The position numbers and the translations under genes were made by a program. Below, one piece after another: positions 17,496 through 28,000 of a DNA stretch of 64,000 nt; positions within the stretch are counted from its first letter, which is position 1; each line of letters opens with the position of its first letter. The notes under the pieces are model-generated. The model saw nothing but the letters and a program-made list of their open reading frames with translations. It was not told the origin of the DNA and ran no database searches. The stretch spans positions 1,285 to 65,284 of the forward strand of contig JAWBZG010000001.1 in the NCBI GenBank assembly GCA_038866525.1, given 5' to 3'. The stretch comes from Candidatus Bathyarchaeia archaeon (GTDB lineage: Archaea > Thermoproteota > Bathyarchaeia > Bathyarchaeales > DTEX01).

Positions 17496-19161
17496 CCCGG
17501 ATTCTCCTGATGAGAGAAACCTCAAGCATCTCGCAGAGGGCATGATAAATAATTGAATGCATCTCCTGCACGCGGCTTGTTTCTGATGCAGGAACCTTTA
17601 TCGCTATATCAGCTACCTCAGAAAGTCTGCCGCCGCTTTCACCGGTCAACGCTATAACAGTTAATCCTAGGGCTTTAGCTGTCACCGCGGCGTAGAAGAC
17701 GTTTTCAGCGTTTCCGCTAGTGCTTATGCCGAGTAAAACATCCCCATGTCTCGCAAGAACATATAGTTCCTGAGCGAAAGCCATGTTCCTTGTCGGATTA
17801 TCGTTCTCAACAGCGCTCGTAAGCGAGTGGTTTGCACCCAAAACTATTGCACGTAGTCCCTCCTCCAAGCTGTCAGCTATAAGCCCGCCCAACGGCAAAT
17901 CATTAAACATCTTCCTTCTATGAGGAGGGATCGGCCTCTTCATTTTAAACGATTTTAAGAGCTCAGCCGATATATGCAAGGCGTCCGCGAAGCTTCCACC
18001 GTTACCGCAGATGAAGAGTGAGCCACCGGTCTCAAAGCATCTGTTTAAGGCTCTATAGGCTTTAATTAAATCCCCCAGTAAATGCCTTAGATGCGGATTT
18101 TCCTCCATAAATCTTTTGGCTATATCCTCCACTTCAGGATAGTTTTGAGCGATTTCCTTCAAGTGTAATTCCGGCGAATGTACTAGTGATGCTTTGCTTG
18201 GCAGGTTAAATGTTTCCCCACCAATTTTACTTAAAATCAAGTGGTAAAGATTTGGAATGGTCACGACGTGATCTCCTGTCACATGGAAACCAACACCCCC
18301 AGTCGATGTAGGTCTCTGAACTATATTTTTTAATGGGCGATAATAGTAGTCTGGGTCATCCTTACTCCTCCGGCGCACATAATCATCTATCGGCTTAAGG
18401 TCAAAATTCGCCGCCGTAAAATTTGTAACCCTAAATCCCAGATTTCTAGCGATCGATATCGCTTTGAGAAAGACTTCCGGCCCTATAACAGCTGAGCCGA
18501 AGTTTAAGAAGACGCCGTCTTCCAGCTGAGTTACTGTCTCCACGAAGGTTTTGAAGTCTCTTCCGCTCGCCTCACCTAGAACAGCGAAGTTGCATTTGGG
18601 GTGCTGATGGATAATGTCCGTCCCCAAAGCTATGTGAACCGTAAATGGTATCCTAAGTTTATAGGCATGGTATAGAACACTGTACTCCTTAAACTTAAAT
18701 TCCTCATTTTCAGCAATCATTTTCCCAAGCGATTCCCCATATCCTAGACCCTCATGAACGCCACGCTGCACCGCTAAATTTATCAGGCGACCGGTCTCCT
18801 CAGCCATCCCAAAAGTTCCATCCTCAATACTTGTCGCAACATCCTCGCTCGTCTCACCTATTAACGCTATCTCAAAATCATGTATTGTCACGGCGCCATT
18901 AGAGGCTATGTGGGTTATAACACCTCTCCTCATAAGATCTATTATGATTAGGGATAAACCCGACTTAATAACGTGAGCGCCCATCATCCATATTACGTGG
19001 GCGCCATTTCTGCGCGCTCTAACTATGCTCTCCGCAATTTTATCCAAGTCTAGGTTTCTGAAGGGTTTGGGAGGAGACATTGGATCTATCATGTCTTTAA
19101 GCGTGACCAGATTCTTCCTTTGGAGCAACGGATAAGTTTTAATCTTAGTGAAATCCAGCAT
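17488..19161 (-). CDS. Fusion protein: N-terminal deoxyhypusine-synthase-like domain plus C-terminal SIS (GmhA-like sugar-phosphate isomerase) domain
   Basis: C-terminal motifs FICGNGGSFADALHISAEL, GDVLLGISTSGNAENV, ALTGESGG and RVQEMHSIIYH match phosphoheptose-isomerase-type SIS. The N-terminal roughly 350 aa (GAHVIKSGLSLIIIDLMRRGVITHIASNGAVTIHDFE ... LRIPFTVHIALGTD ... FGSAVIGPE) follows the DHS family layout. Confidence 0.75.
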   Translation of the reverse strand: MLDFTKIKTYPLLQRKNLVTLKDMIDPMSPPKPFRNLDLDKIAESIVRARRNGAHVIWMMGAHVIKSGLSLIIIDLMRRGVITHIASNGAVTIHDFEIALIGETSEDVATSIEDGTFGMAEETGRLINLAVQRGVHEGLGYGESLGKMIAENEEFKFKEYSVLYHAYKLRIPFTVHIALGTDIIHQHPKCNFAVLGEASGRDFKTFVETVTQLEDGVFLNFGSAVIGPEVFLKAISIARNLGFRVTNFTAANFDLKPIDDYVRRRSKDDPDYYYRPLKNIVQRPTSTGGVGFHVTGDHVVTIPNLYHLILSKIGGETFNLPSKASLVHSPELHLKEIAQNYPEVEDIAKRFMEENPHLRHLLGDLIKAYRALNRCFETGGSLFICGNGGSFADALHISAELLKSFKMKRPIPPHRRKMFNDLPLGGLIADSLEEGLRAIVLGANHSLTSAVENDNPTRNMAFAQELYVLARHGDVLLGISTSGNAENVFYAAVTAKALGLTVIALTGESGGRLSEVADIAIKVPASETSRVQEMHSIIYHALCEMLEVSLIRRIRDG

Positions 19162-19300
19162 TTATTAAGCCTCCTTCCCAGCGTCACAATATTTTTAGTT
19201 TTTCTTAGGCAAATATTTATTGTTTTGCAGCGGGGGCAATCTTAGGGAGCTATTCATAAGTTTCCGTAAAAAGATAATTGGGAGATTTATTTGAGATATC

Positions 19301-19750
19301 TTGGTGGGAGGGAAAGTGGAGCCAACTAAGAGAAGTTATCGTTTAAAAATTGAGGGTAGTTCCAGCTTTAAGGAGATGGTGCGGCGGGCTCTTAAACTTG
19401 TTAAGGCTGCTGGCTACTATAACTTCCTGAAAACATATATTCGCTGTATAAAGGAGATTGACGGTTTTACGCAGCTAAGGGTTTCCGAGGCAACGATATG
19501 GGCGAATAAATACACTGTCGAGAACCCTGTTGACGCCGCCAGCAGGTTTATACAAGAAGCATACTATATGAAGATGCAGGTTGAGATGGAGCATTTGGAG
19601 TCTTATCATGAGGGCATGCTTGAACTTAAGTCGTTTGAGAAGCGCATAGAGTTCCTTAAGAAATTGAGGGAAAGGAGTCGAAAACCGGAAATTAAGAGCG
19701 CCTGCGATAAACTATTGAAAATGTGGGATGAGAGCCTACTAGTATATTGA
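19301..19750 (+). CDS. Hypothetical protein
   Basis: 149 aa helical ORF with a TTG start. No family recognised. Confidence 0.4.
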   Translation: MVGGKVEPTKRSYRLKIEGSSSFKEMVRRALKLVKAAGYYNFLKTYIRCIKEIDGFTQLRVSEATIWANKYTVENPVDAASRFIQEAYYMKMQVEMEHLESYHEGMLELKSFEKRIEFLKKLRERSRKPEIKSACDKLLKMWDESLLVY

Positions 19751-20037
19751 AGATTAAATAAATCTTTATCCCTCATTTTCCAATCCAAAATCTCTAGGAA
19801 TCTAATTTTGGATAGAAGGAGGAGCCATAGTGCGGAAAGACCACTTCTCAGGAAGCCTCAAACTATTTTTATGTGGGAATCGTTCTCTAGGGGATAAAAT
19901 ATTTCTTGAGTTCATGCTGATAGACATGTTTTATGTCCAAAAATGCTTCGGCAGTTCGAAGCGAGTCGATTTATGCTCCGTTCATGGATAGAAAAATGAT
20001 CTATTTAAAACAAAACGCTATCCGTAATTTCTAGGGT

Positions 20038-21162
20038 TTAATAGAGCAGATGGATGTTCCCTATATTCACCCTCCTAAGGTATTTTTTAGCCACATTATA
20101 GCACTCATAAGCTTGCCTCCTGCTGGTGGTTGGTAGGTCACTCATAATATACTGCGGATAGAACGCGAGCAAGGTATATGGGATGTCTGGATCTATGCTT
20201 GCAATAAACTTAGCTATCTCCTCAACCTCTAAGGAATCTACATACCCTGGGACGAGAAGGGTACTTGCAGTTAAAACTGGAACCTCCCGCCTCTCCCCAA
20301 AGTACTCTTCACCGATAATTTTGAAGTTTTCGAAGGTAGGCTTATTCGAGGTCCCGCATAAAGCCTTATAGAGGTTCTCGTTCCACGCCTTCAAATCATA
20401 CTTTACGATGCCGCCGCTTCTAAACGATAGCTCAGCTGCCTCTATAGCAAAACTTTTACTCATGTTTCCGTTTGTTTCCCAGCATATTCTCAATATGCGT
20501 TTCTCATCTTCAGCTTTTCTCAGCGCTATCTCGCTAGTTTTAAGCGCATGAGGCATTTGAACCGATGGGTCTCCGCCAAAAAAGCATATGCATGAAACCC
20601 TACGGTTAACTTTGTCAGCCAGCTCCTCGCAGCTTAAATAGGGACTTAGTTTTTGAGACAAGCTCCTATAGTGCCAATTTTGGCAGAAGAGACAGTCGAG
20701 ACTGCATGCGCCGTAGAAGACGGCGAGGTTCATATAACCGGTTTCAGCGGTTGGTTTGTAGGCGTACTTTGGGTAACCAGCTCCCGTGCAGCCGGGGCAG
20801 AACCACCATGCAACGCAGTTTGTTGGCAGCGGATCATAATACCATTCCAGAACGCCCTTCTCCGGCGTTCCACCTAAACGTACAAGAGCGCCGTCAGCAT
20901 TATATGAGAGACCGCAAAATCCCTTTTCTCCAGGAGGGATAATGCATTCATTCCCGCATATACCGCACTTGACACCCTTAATGTTTTTTGGCACATTTGA
21001 TGGTAAATTAAACGATCTACGTGAAGCTTCACGCACTCTACTAACAGCGTTGAGAGATTCTTCCGGCCGCTCCCTTATGCACTTTAAACATACACCGAGA
21101 TTACCGGAGATTAAGGGTGAGCTGGAGCCACATACTGAGCATTTTCCCACGCCTTCCACCAA
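20038..21162 (-). CDS. Radical SAM enzyme, PflA/AmmeMemoRadiSam-like, with N-terminal Cys clusters
   Basis: CxxxCxxC motif in GACSLDCLFCQNW. N-terminal CSVCG...CLKC and CGICGNECIIPPGEKGFCGL. Confidence 0.8.
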   Translation of the reverse strand: MVEGVGKCSVCGSSSPLISGNLGVCLKCIRERPEESLNAVSRVREASRRSFNLPSNVPKNIKGVKCGICGNECIIPPGEKGFCGLSYNADGALVRLGGTPEKGVLEWYYDPLPTNCVAWWFCPGCTGAGYPKYAYKPTAETGYMNLAVFYGACSLDCLFCQNWHYRSLSQKLSPYLSCEELADKVNRRVSCICFFGGDPSVQMPHALKTSEIALRKAEDEKRILRICWETNGNMSKSFAIEAAELSFRSGGIVKYDLKAWNENLYKALCGTSNKPTFENFKIIGEEYFGERREVPVLTASTLLVPGYVDSLEVEEIAKFIASIDPDIPYTLLAFYPQYIMSDLPTTSRRQAYECYNVAKKYLRRVNIGNIHLLY

Positions 21163-21267
21163 AATTATAAAGTGTTTATGGATGCCTATATCTTAATCCC
21201 TCTAAAACGCTGGGCTAGCATAATTCTCATAAAATGTAAGATAAGAAAAATGGGGGAGTGAAGAGGA

Positions 21268-22431
21268 TCATGATATCGAGAGCTTCTCATTTATCTCCTT
21301 CTGGTACTCTTCAACAATCAAATCCTCGACATCTTTAACCCTAACAGGCTTATTCAACTTAGCCGACTCATAGAAGCCTAAAGGTATAGCCATGTCTTTG
21401 TACGCTTCAACAGCGTCGACTTCAGGTCTCCTCTTATTGATCACCGAGTCGTAGAAATCATATAGTTCGATGGCGAACGTGTCGGTTATCCCCCTCGGAA
21501 ATAGTTTCTCCAGAGTTTCTTTGGGAAGATTTCTTCGCATCTCCTCTATAAGCGTATCCATGGGTCTAGTTTCAATCTTACCATATTCTGTTTCTAGGTG
21601 AATGCCATCGTCCGAAAGAGAACCCTTTGAACCACATATAGTATGCATATAGACTCTTTTAGCTGGAGTTGCCCTTGTCCAGATCCACTGGGAGAAAACG
21701 TTCCCCTCATACCTTATTATTGCGATCGTCATGTCGTCAACGGTCACCTTCACGCCTTCCTTAACTGGGTCAAATGTATGGCACATAGCGAAAACCTCTA
21801 CAGCTTCCCTGTTTAGCTGATATCTGTCTAGATCTGCCCAATGTACACCACCATCAAAGACCCAGCTTCCACCGGCAGAAAACTTGTCCTCCCTCCAGCC
21901 CCATGGTTTGGGACCCCAGCTCATAGCGGACCATAAAACAATACGTGGCTCCCCAATTAGCCCCTCTCTTACAGCCCACCAAAAAGCCCTCTCCTTCGGC
22001 GCCCTCCTATAATTCTCGGCGACAGCCAGCACCCTATTATGCTTCGATGCCTTACCAATAATATATTTCGCAGCCCTCATAGTTATCGCTAACGGCTTCT
22101 CAATAATCACATGCAGCCCCCTCTCCAAACATTGGGATGCCACTATGTGATGTAAGTTATGCGGCAAACATATGTCGACTGCGTCGAGGCTCTCATCTTT
22201 TAGCATCCTCTCTATATCCGTGTAAACTCTTGGTTTTGAATCCTGAAAATAGTAGATTAAATTGGCTTTCTCCTCAGCGTTTTTCTCAACGACATCGCAG
22301 ACCGCTTTCACATTGAAGACTTTTAGCCCCAGCGTGCTTAAAATACGGAACCCTGCAACATGGGCGTTAGATATCCCGCCACATCCGATTAAAGCAATAT
22401 TTATTTTATCCATGGGTTTAAAATTAACCAT
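21268..22431 (-). CDS. Gfo/Idh/MocA family oxidoreductase
   Basis: N-terminal Rossmann motif INIALIGCGGISNAH and EKPLA in IIEKPLAITM. Confidence 0.8.
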   Translation of the reverse strand: MVNFKPMDKINIALIGCGGISNAHVAGFRILSTLGLKVFNVKAVCDVVEKNAEEKANLIYYFQDSKPRVYTDIERMLKDESLDAVDICLPHNLHHIVASQCLERGLHVIIEKPLAITMRAAKYIIGKASKHNRVLAVAENYRRAPKERAFWWAVREGLIGEPRIVLWSAMSWGPKPWGWREDKFSAGGSWVFDGGVHWADLDRYQLNREAVEVFAMCHTFDPVKEGVKVTVDDMTIAIIRYEGNVFSQWIWTRATPAKRVYMHTICGSKGSLSDDGIHLETEYGKIETRPMDTLIEEMRRNLPKETLEKLFPRGITDTFAIELYDFYDSVINKRRPEVDAVEAYKDMAIPLGFYESAKLNKPVRVKDVEDLIVEEYQKEINEKLSIS

Positions 22432-22557
22432 TAAGTCGATTTAAGAGTTACGGATGAAAGAATTCCATGGAAGGAAAACATTGGTTGATGAGGGGTTTTG
22501 AAAAAGTAAAGATTTAAATTTTCAGCCATAATCTTGATAGAAGGTGGGTGTGCTTCT

Positions 22558-22788
22558 ATGGGTAAGTTGGAAGATGAAATTTTGAACCTGCTGAAGAGAT
22601 CCGAGCCCTTAACCCTAATGGAGATATCTGAAAGATTAAATAAGACACCTAAAGCTGTGTTTAGATCTCTGCGCAAACTCTTTGAGAAAGGTATAGTTGG
22701 CTGCGACATAAAAACGAAAAGATACTACTTAGAGAAAGACTATGAAGCGCAGGAAGAGGAAGAAGCTGTTGATATAGATAACATTTAG
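22558..22788 (+). CDS. Small winged-helix transcriptional regulator
   Basis: MGKLEDEILNLLKRSEPLTLMEISERLNKTPKAVFRSLRKLFEKGIV with an acidic tail. The ATG at 22558 is preferred over the longer TTG ORF starting at 22534. Confidence 0.5.
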   Translation: MGKLEDEILNLLKRSEPLTLMEISERLNKTPKAVFRSLRKLFEKGIVGCDIKTKRYYLEKDYEAQEEEEAVDIDNI

Positions 22789-22831
22789 TTCACAAAGACA
22801 TTTATACCGTTTCAACAGTAAATATTTTCTG

Positions 22832-23815
22832 TTGAAAAATGGAGGGTTTAATTTGAAGATAGGAATCTTCACAATACTATTTAACGAGCTGAGCCTGGAA
22901 AAAGTCTTAGAGTACGTTTCGAAGCTCGGCTATGAGGCTGTAGAGATAGCTGCCTGGAAAGGAAGTAATCACATAGATATAGAGAAGATTCTTAGTGGGG
23001 GCGCAACCGAATATAAAAGAACCGTGGAGAAATATGGTCTAATAATCTCAGCGTTAAGCAATCATCTTGAGGGGCAGCTTGTTTTAGGGCCTCACGATGA
23101 ATCAACAGATGAATGGTTTAAGGGCTCTCCGGAGGAGAAGGTTAAGTATGGTATGGAGCGGATGAAGAAAACAGCTGAAGCCGCGGCGGCACTAGATGTA
23201 CCGGTGGTAAACGGTTTCATCGGAGCCCCAAACTGGGGCGCATGGTATATCTTTCCACCAGCATATGAGAAGATTTTTGAGAGGGGTTTTGAGGTCTTCG
23301 CTGAGCGTTGGGGTGAAATCCTAGATCACTTCGCAGCTCATGGCGTAAAGTTTGCGCATGAGGTCCACCCGCAGGAGCAGGCATATAATATTGAAACGGC
23401 TGAACGCGCAATTAAAGCCATAAATGGTAAGAAAGAGTTCGGCTTTAACTTCGACCCAAGCCATCTAGTTTGGCAAGGTATCGATCCAGTAATATTCATC
23501 AAAAAATTTGGCGATAGGATTTATCATGCGCATGCAAAGGATGCCGAGCTCGTCAAAGAGAACCTTCCAATATCCGGTTGCATACCCACCGGTCCGTGGC
23601 GTAGACCGGATAGAGGTTTTAGGTTCCGGGTTGTCGGCTGGGGCGACATAAACTGGAAGAGGATACTGACCGCCTTTGTAGAAGTTGGATATGATTATGT
23701 GTTAAGCTATGAGCATGAGGATCCGGTTATGAGCCGAGAAGACGGCTGCGAGAAATGCATAGCTTTCTTAAAGCCTCTAATTATTAAAGCTCCGTTGGAG
23801 AAGGTTTGGTGGTGA
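22832..23815 (+). CDS. Sugar phosphate isomerase/epimerase (xylose isomerase-like TIM barrel)
   Basis: Family pattern with LGYEAVEI, HEVHPQE, NFDPSHL and HAKD. Confidence 0.8.
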   Translation: MKNGGFNLKIGIFTILFNELSLEKVLEYVSKLGYEAVEIAAWKGSNHIDIEKILSGGATEYKRTVEKYGLIISALSNHLEGQLVLGPHDESTDEWFKGSPEEKVKYGMERMKKTAEAAAALDVPVVNGFIGAPNWGAWYIFPPAYEKIFERGFEVFAERWGEILDHFAAHGVKFAHEVHPQEQAYNIETAERAIKAINGKKEFGFNFDPSHLVWQGIDPVIFIKKFGDRIYHAHAKDAELVKENLPISGCIPTGPWRRPDRGFRFRVVGWGDINWKRILTAFVEVGYDYVLSYEHEDPVMSREDGCEKCIAFLKPLIIKAPLEKVWW

Positions 23816-23822
23816 GGGTCGA

Positions 23823-25025
23823 ATGGCGGAGGAGAAGGAAGTAGGTTTCGTAAGAATGGGTAAGGTTGTAGGTGAATTAAAGGAGATCAAAGAGATCGGC
23901 GTTGGCTTACTTGGCTACGCATTTATGGGTAAAGCCCATGCAAACGCGTATATAAAGATGCCAATATTCTTCTATCCTCCACCAGCGAAACCAAGGTTGG
24001 TGGCTATATTCGGTAGAACTGAGAGGGCGGTCGCTGAGGCTGCTAGAAGATACGGTTTCGAGAAATACTATACTGATTGGAGAGCGCTAATTAAAGATGA
24101 AAATGTTGAGCTAGTCGATAATGGATTACCGAACAACATGCATGCTCCTCCAATCATAGAAGCCGCTGAGAGCGGGAAACATGTCCTCTGCGAGAAGCCT
24201 CTGGCAACAACTGTGAAAGAGGCGGAAGAAATGTATAAGGCGGCTGAGAAAGCCGGAGTTAAACATATGACAGCATTCAACTACCGTTTTGTTCCAGCAA
24301 TAAGGCTAGCTAAAAAACTTATTGAAGAGGGCTATATTGGAAAGATTCTGCAGTTTAGAGCAGTCTACCTACAGGAGTGGATTATGGATCCCAACTTCCC
24401 GCTAGTTTGGAGGCTTCGCAAAGATATAGCTGGGGCGGGAGCTTTAGGAGACTTGGGTTCACATATAATAGATTTGGCCAGGTTCCTTGTCGGCGAAATA
24501 TCCTCAGTCTGCGGTATGACGGAAACATTCATTAAGGAGCGCCCACTGCCAGAAGACCCTTCAAAGAAGGGGCAAGTTGATGTCGACGATGTCTTCATCT
24601 CGCTCGTTAGATTTAAGAGTGGAGCAATAGGCAGCCTAGAGGCCTCAAGGTTCTGCGCTGGTAGGAAAAACTACCAGAGGATAGAGATCCACGGTACAGA
24701 GGGCACGATATGCTTCAACCTCGAGAGGCTAAATGAGCTGGAAATTTACTCGAGGAAAGACCCCGCGGACAGAATGGGCTTCAGGAATATCCTAGTTACG
24801 GAGACGGTGCATCCATACATCGAATACTGGTGGCCTCATGGTCACATAATTGGGTGGGAGCACACTTTCGTCCATGAAATCTATCATTTCATAGATTGCA
24901 TAGTTAATGATAAGCCGGTTGCACCTCTAGGCGCAACCTTCTATGACGGACTAAAGTGTCAAGAGATTATGGAGGCGATATTAGAGTCGGCGGAGAAGGG
25001 CAGATGGATGAATGTCCCCGAATAA
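23823..25025 (+). CDS. Gfo/Idh/MocA family oxidoreductase
   Basis: GVGLLGYAFMGKAHANAY and HVLCEKPLA, with the C-terminal dimerisation domain. Confidence 0.85.
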   Translation: MAEEKEVGFVRMGKVVGELKEIKEIGVGLLGYAFMGKAHANAYIKMPIFFYPPPAKPRLVAIFGRTERAVAEAARRYGFEKYYTDWRALIKDENVELVDNGLPNNMHAPPIIEAAESGKHVLCEKPLATTVKEAEEMYKAAEKAGVKHMTAFNYRFVPAIRLAKKLIEEGYIGKILQFRAVYLQEWIMDPNFPLVWRLRKDIAGAGALGDLGSHIIDLARFLVGEISSVCGMTETFIKERPLPEDPSKKGQVDVDDVFISLVRFKSGAIGSLEASRFCAGRKNYQRIEIHGTEGTICFNLERLNELEIYSRKDPADRMGFRNILVTETVHPYIEYWWPHGHIIGWEHTFVHEIYHFIDCIVNDKPVAPLGATFYDGLKCQEIMEAILESAEKGRWMNVPE

Positions 25026-25036
25026 TTTGCTCCTAA

Positions 25037-28000
25037 GTGGGTGAAAAGCCGCCTATGGGTGGTGATTCAGGCATATTTGAAGAGGTCATTAAAAGTCTAA
25101 AGGAAAGACATGAAAGTTTAATTAAATACAGAAGTCAACTCTCCTGGAAATTTTATCAGGGCGAAGCCCCAGAAGCCTACGATCCTAACTTTGATGACTC
25201 ACAATGGCAGCAGATTAACCTGCCAACAATATTTGATGCGCGGAGAGGCGGAGGGTGGTTTAGATGCAAAGTATCTGTTCCAAAAGAAGTTGAGGGAATA
25301 GAGGTTTCAGGATCCACTGTAAAACTTTATTCTTCAGCGATACTCAATAAAAGCGAACTATTCATTAATGGAGAACGTGTTTTAAGCGCAGACTACTGGT
25401 TAGAGCTCAGACCAAGAATAATTCTGGACGAGAAAGTAGAGCCTGGAAGAACATACGTTATAGCGGTACACGTATTTCCAAAACATGAACCGGTTGAAGT
25501 GCCGCAGTTTTACGTAACTTACAGCAATGTTGAGAAGGTTGCATTTGAGATAGAATCTTTCATTGAGGAAATAAGGTTCGCAAGAACCTTAAATAGAGAT
25601 TTAACGGAAAAAATTTTGGAAGATTTTGACCTCAGTGCCATTAAAGGAAGCTTCCGACGCCTGTTAGATGAGATCGATAGGATTAGAATGAAGCTTTCAC
25701 CTCTTTCTACCGAAGCTAAAAAGTTTAAGGTTCACCTGGTAGCTCACGCCCATATAGACATGAACTGGCTTTGGCCCTGGGAGGACACCGTTAACACTAT
25801 TAAGAGCACTTTTTCCACAATGGTGGACTTAATGGATAAGTACAGCGACTTTCATTTCTCCCAGAGCCAGGCGATAACCTATAAGGTTGTTGAGGAGAAT
25901 TTCCCAGACCTATTTGAGAGGATAAGGCGGCATGTTAATAGAGGGAACTGGGATATAACCGCATCTATGTGGGTTGAAGCAGATTTAAACATGGCTGGTA
26001 CAGAGGCGCTGCTAAGACAATTTCTATACGCAAAACATTATATCCGCGATAAATTCGGCGTGGAGCCGGAAGTCTGCTGGGAGCCGGATACATTCGGACA
26101 CATATGGACTCTACCACAAATACTTAGGAAATTCGGTGTAAAATACTATTATTTTATGCGTTGCAGTAAAGGTCACCCTGTATTCTGGTGGGAGGGGCCT
26201 GATGGCTCAAGGGTCTTAGCCTTCACAAGCGTCTACATTAATTTTGTGGCGCCAAGAAATATTGTGGATCTAGCCCTAGACCTTTATGAGCGTTATGGTC
26301 TTAAAACCAGCATGTTTGTTTACGGAGCGGGAGATCACGGTGGTGGAGCTACAATAGATGATATTGAGAACGCGTATGAGATGCGGAAAAAGCCCACTCT
26401 GCCGGATATAGTTTTCAGTTCGACGCATGAATTCTTTAATGAATTGAGGAGGGAGATTGAGGAGCGAGATTTATTCATACCAGTTATTAGCGATGAGCTG
26501 CAGTTTACCTTTGATGGATGCTATACTACGCATGGAGACATAAAGAAGTACAATAGGCTATGCGAATCTATGCTAATCGACTCTGAGAAAATGCATGTTA
26601 TAACGGGATCCAGCGGCGGAAACTCCTTTAAAAAGTTATGGTTAAATGTTCTCTTCAATCAATTTCACGATATTCTCGATGGTAGCGGGAGCTCTGAAGC
26701 ATACGTGTATCCGAGGGAGCTCTACCGTGAGACGGTTGAGGCTGCTAAAGACCTCATAAATGCAGCTGTGGATAGATTTTCTAGAAAGATAAAGTTTTCG
26801 AGGGACGGTATACCTATAATCGTCTTCAACACTCTCTCTTGGGATAGAGTGGATGTCGTGAGAGTGAAGGTTCCAAGGCATCTACTTCCGAAGAATGCTG
26901 TTGCGATATCCTATGATGGTAAGGAAAGGCGGCCAATTCAAATTCATGAAGACGAAATATTGTTCTTGGCTTGCGCGCCCTCAATGGGCTATAAAGTCTA
27001 CTATATAGTTGAGGGCGATCGCTCCGATGAAACCATCTTATCAGCTCACCACAACCTATTGGAGAACTACTACTTTAAGATTGAGGTAAACAATGTTTCA
27101 GGAACGATAAGAACCTTATATGATAAGGTAAATGAGAGGTTTGTACTTAAGGAAGAACGGTATCCCCACACTAAACCCGTATTCAGCAATTTAATGCAGG
27201 TCTTATATGAGATGCCGCATCCAATGTCCGCGTGGATAATTGGACCAATATCTCGTGTAGAGAACCTTGTGGAGGGAGCTAAAATGGAGATTGTGGAAGA
27301 AGGTCCCGTGAGAGCTACGATTAAGATTTCTTGGAAGCATAGGAGCTCTGCGATCACCCAATATATAAGCCTCTATGATGGCTTACCTCGAATAGATTTC
27401 CGCATGTTAATCGACTGGCAGGAGGTAGCAGATGATAAAACTGATGCCCCAATGCTAAAAGTTTCCTACACACCTATACTTAACAGATCTAGAGCTACGT
27501 TTGAGATACCTTTCGGATACATTGAAAGAGTCCCGGATGGGACAGAATACCCTGCATTGAGGTGGGTTGATTTATCCGATGGCGAATATGGCTTAAGCAT
27601 CATAAGCACATGCAAACATGGGTTCGATGTGAAAGGTAATACCGTTAGAATGACTCTTGTTAGAACCAGCTATAGTCCCGATCCTAAACCCGATCAAGGA
27701 GTTCATGAAGTAACGTATGCTCTCTATCCGCATAAAGGCGATTGGAGAAGGGCGCTAACATTTAGAGTAGGGTGGGAATTGAACCATCCGCTGATAGCGT
27801 ACGTTGTTCTAAATCGAGGGGGAAACGGCAGCGTAGGTGAAGAAATGAGCCTCATTAATATTAAGCCAAGCAACATAGTTGTTTCCTGCTTTAAGGAGGC
27901 TGAGAAAGAAAGTGGATTAATACTTAGGTTTTACGACGCCTCCGGTGAAGGCGGTTCGGCGGAAATACAATTTAACTTTGATGTGAAGGAGGTTTACGAA

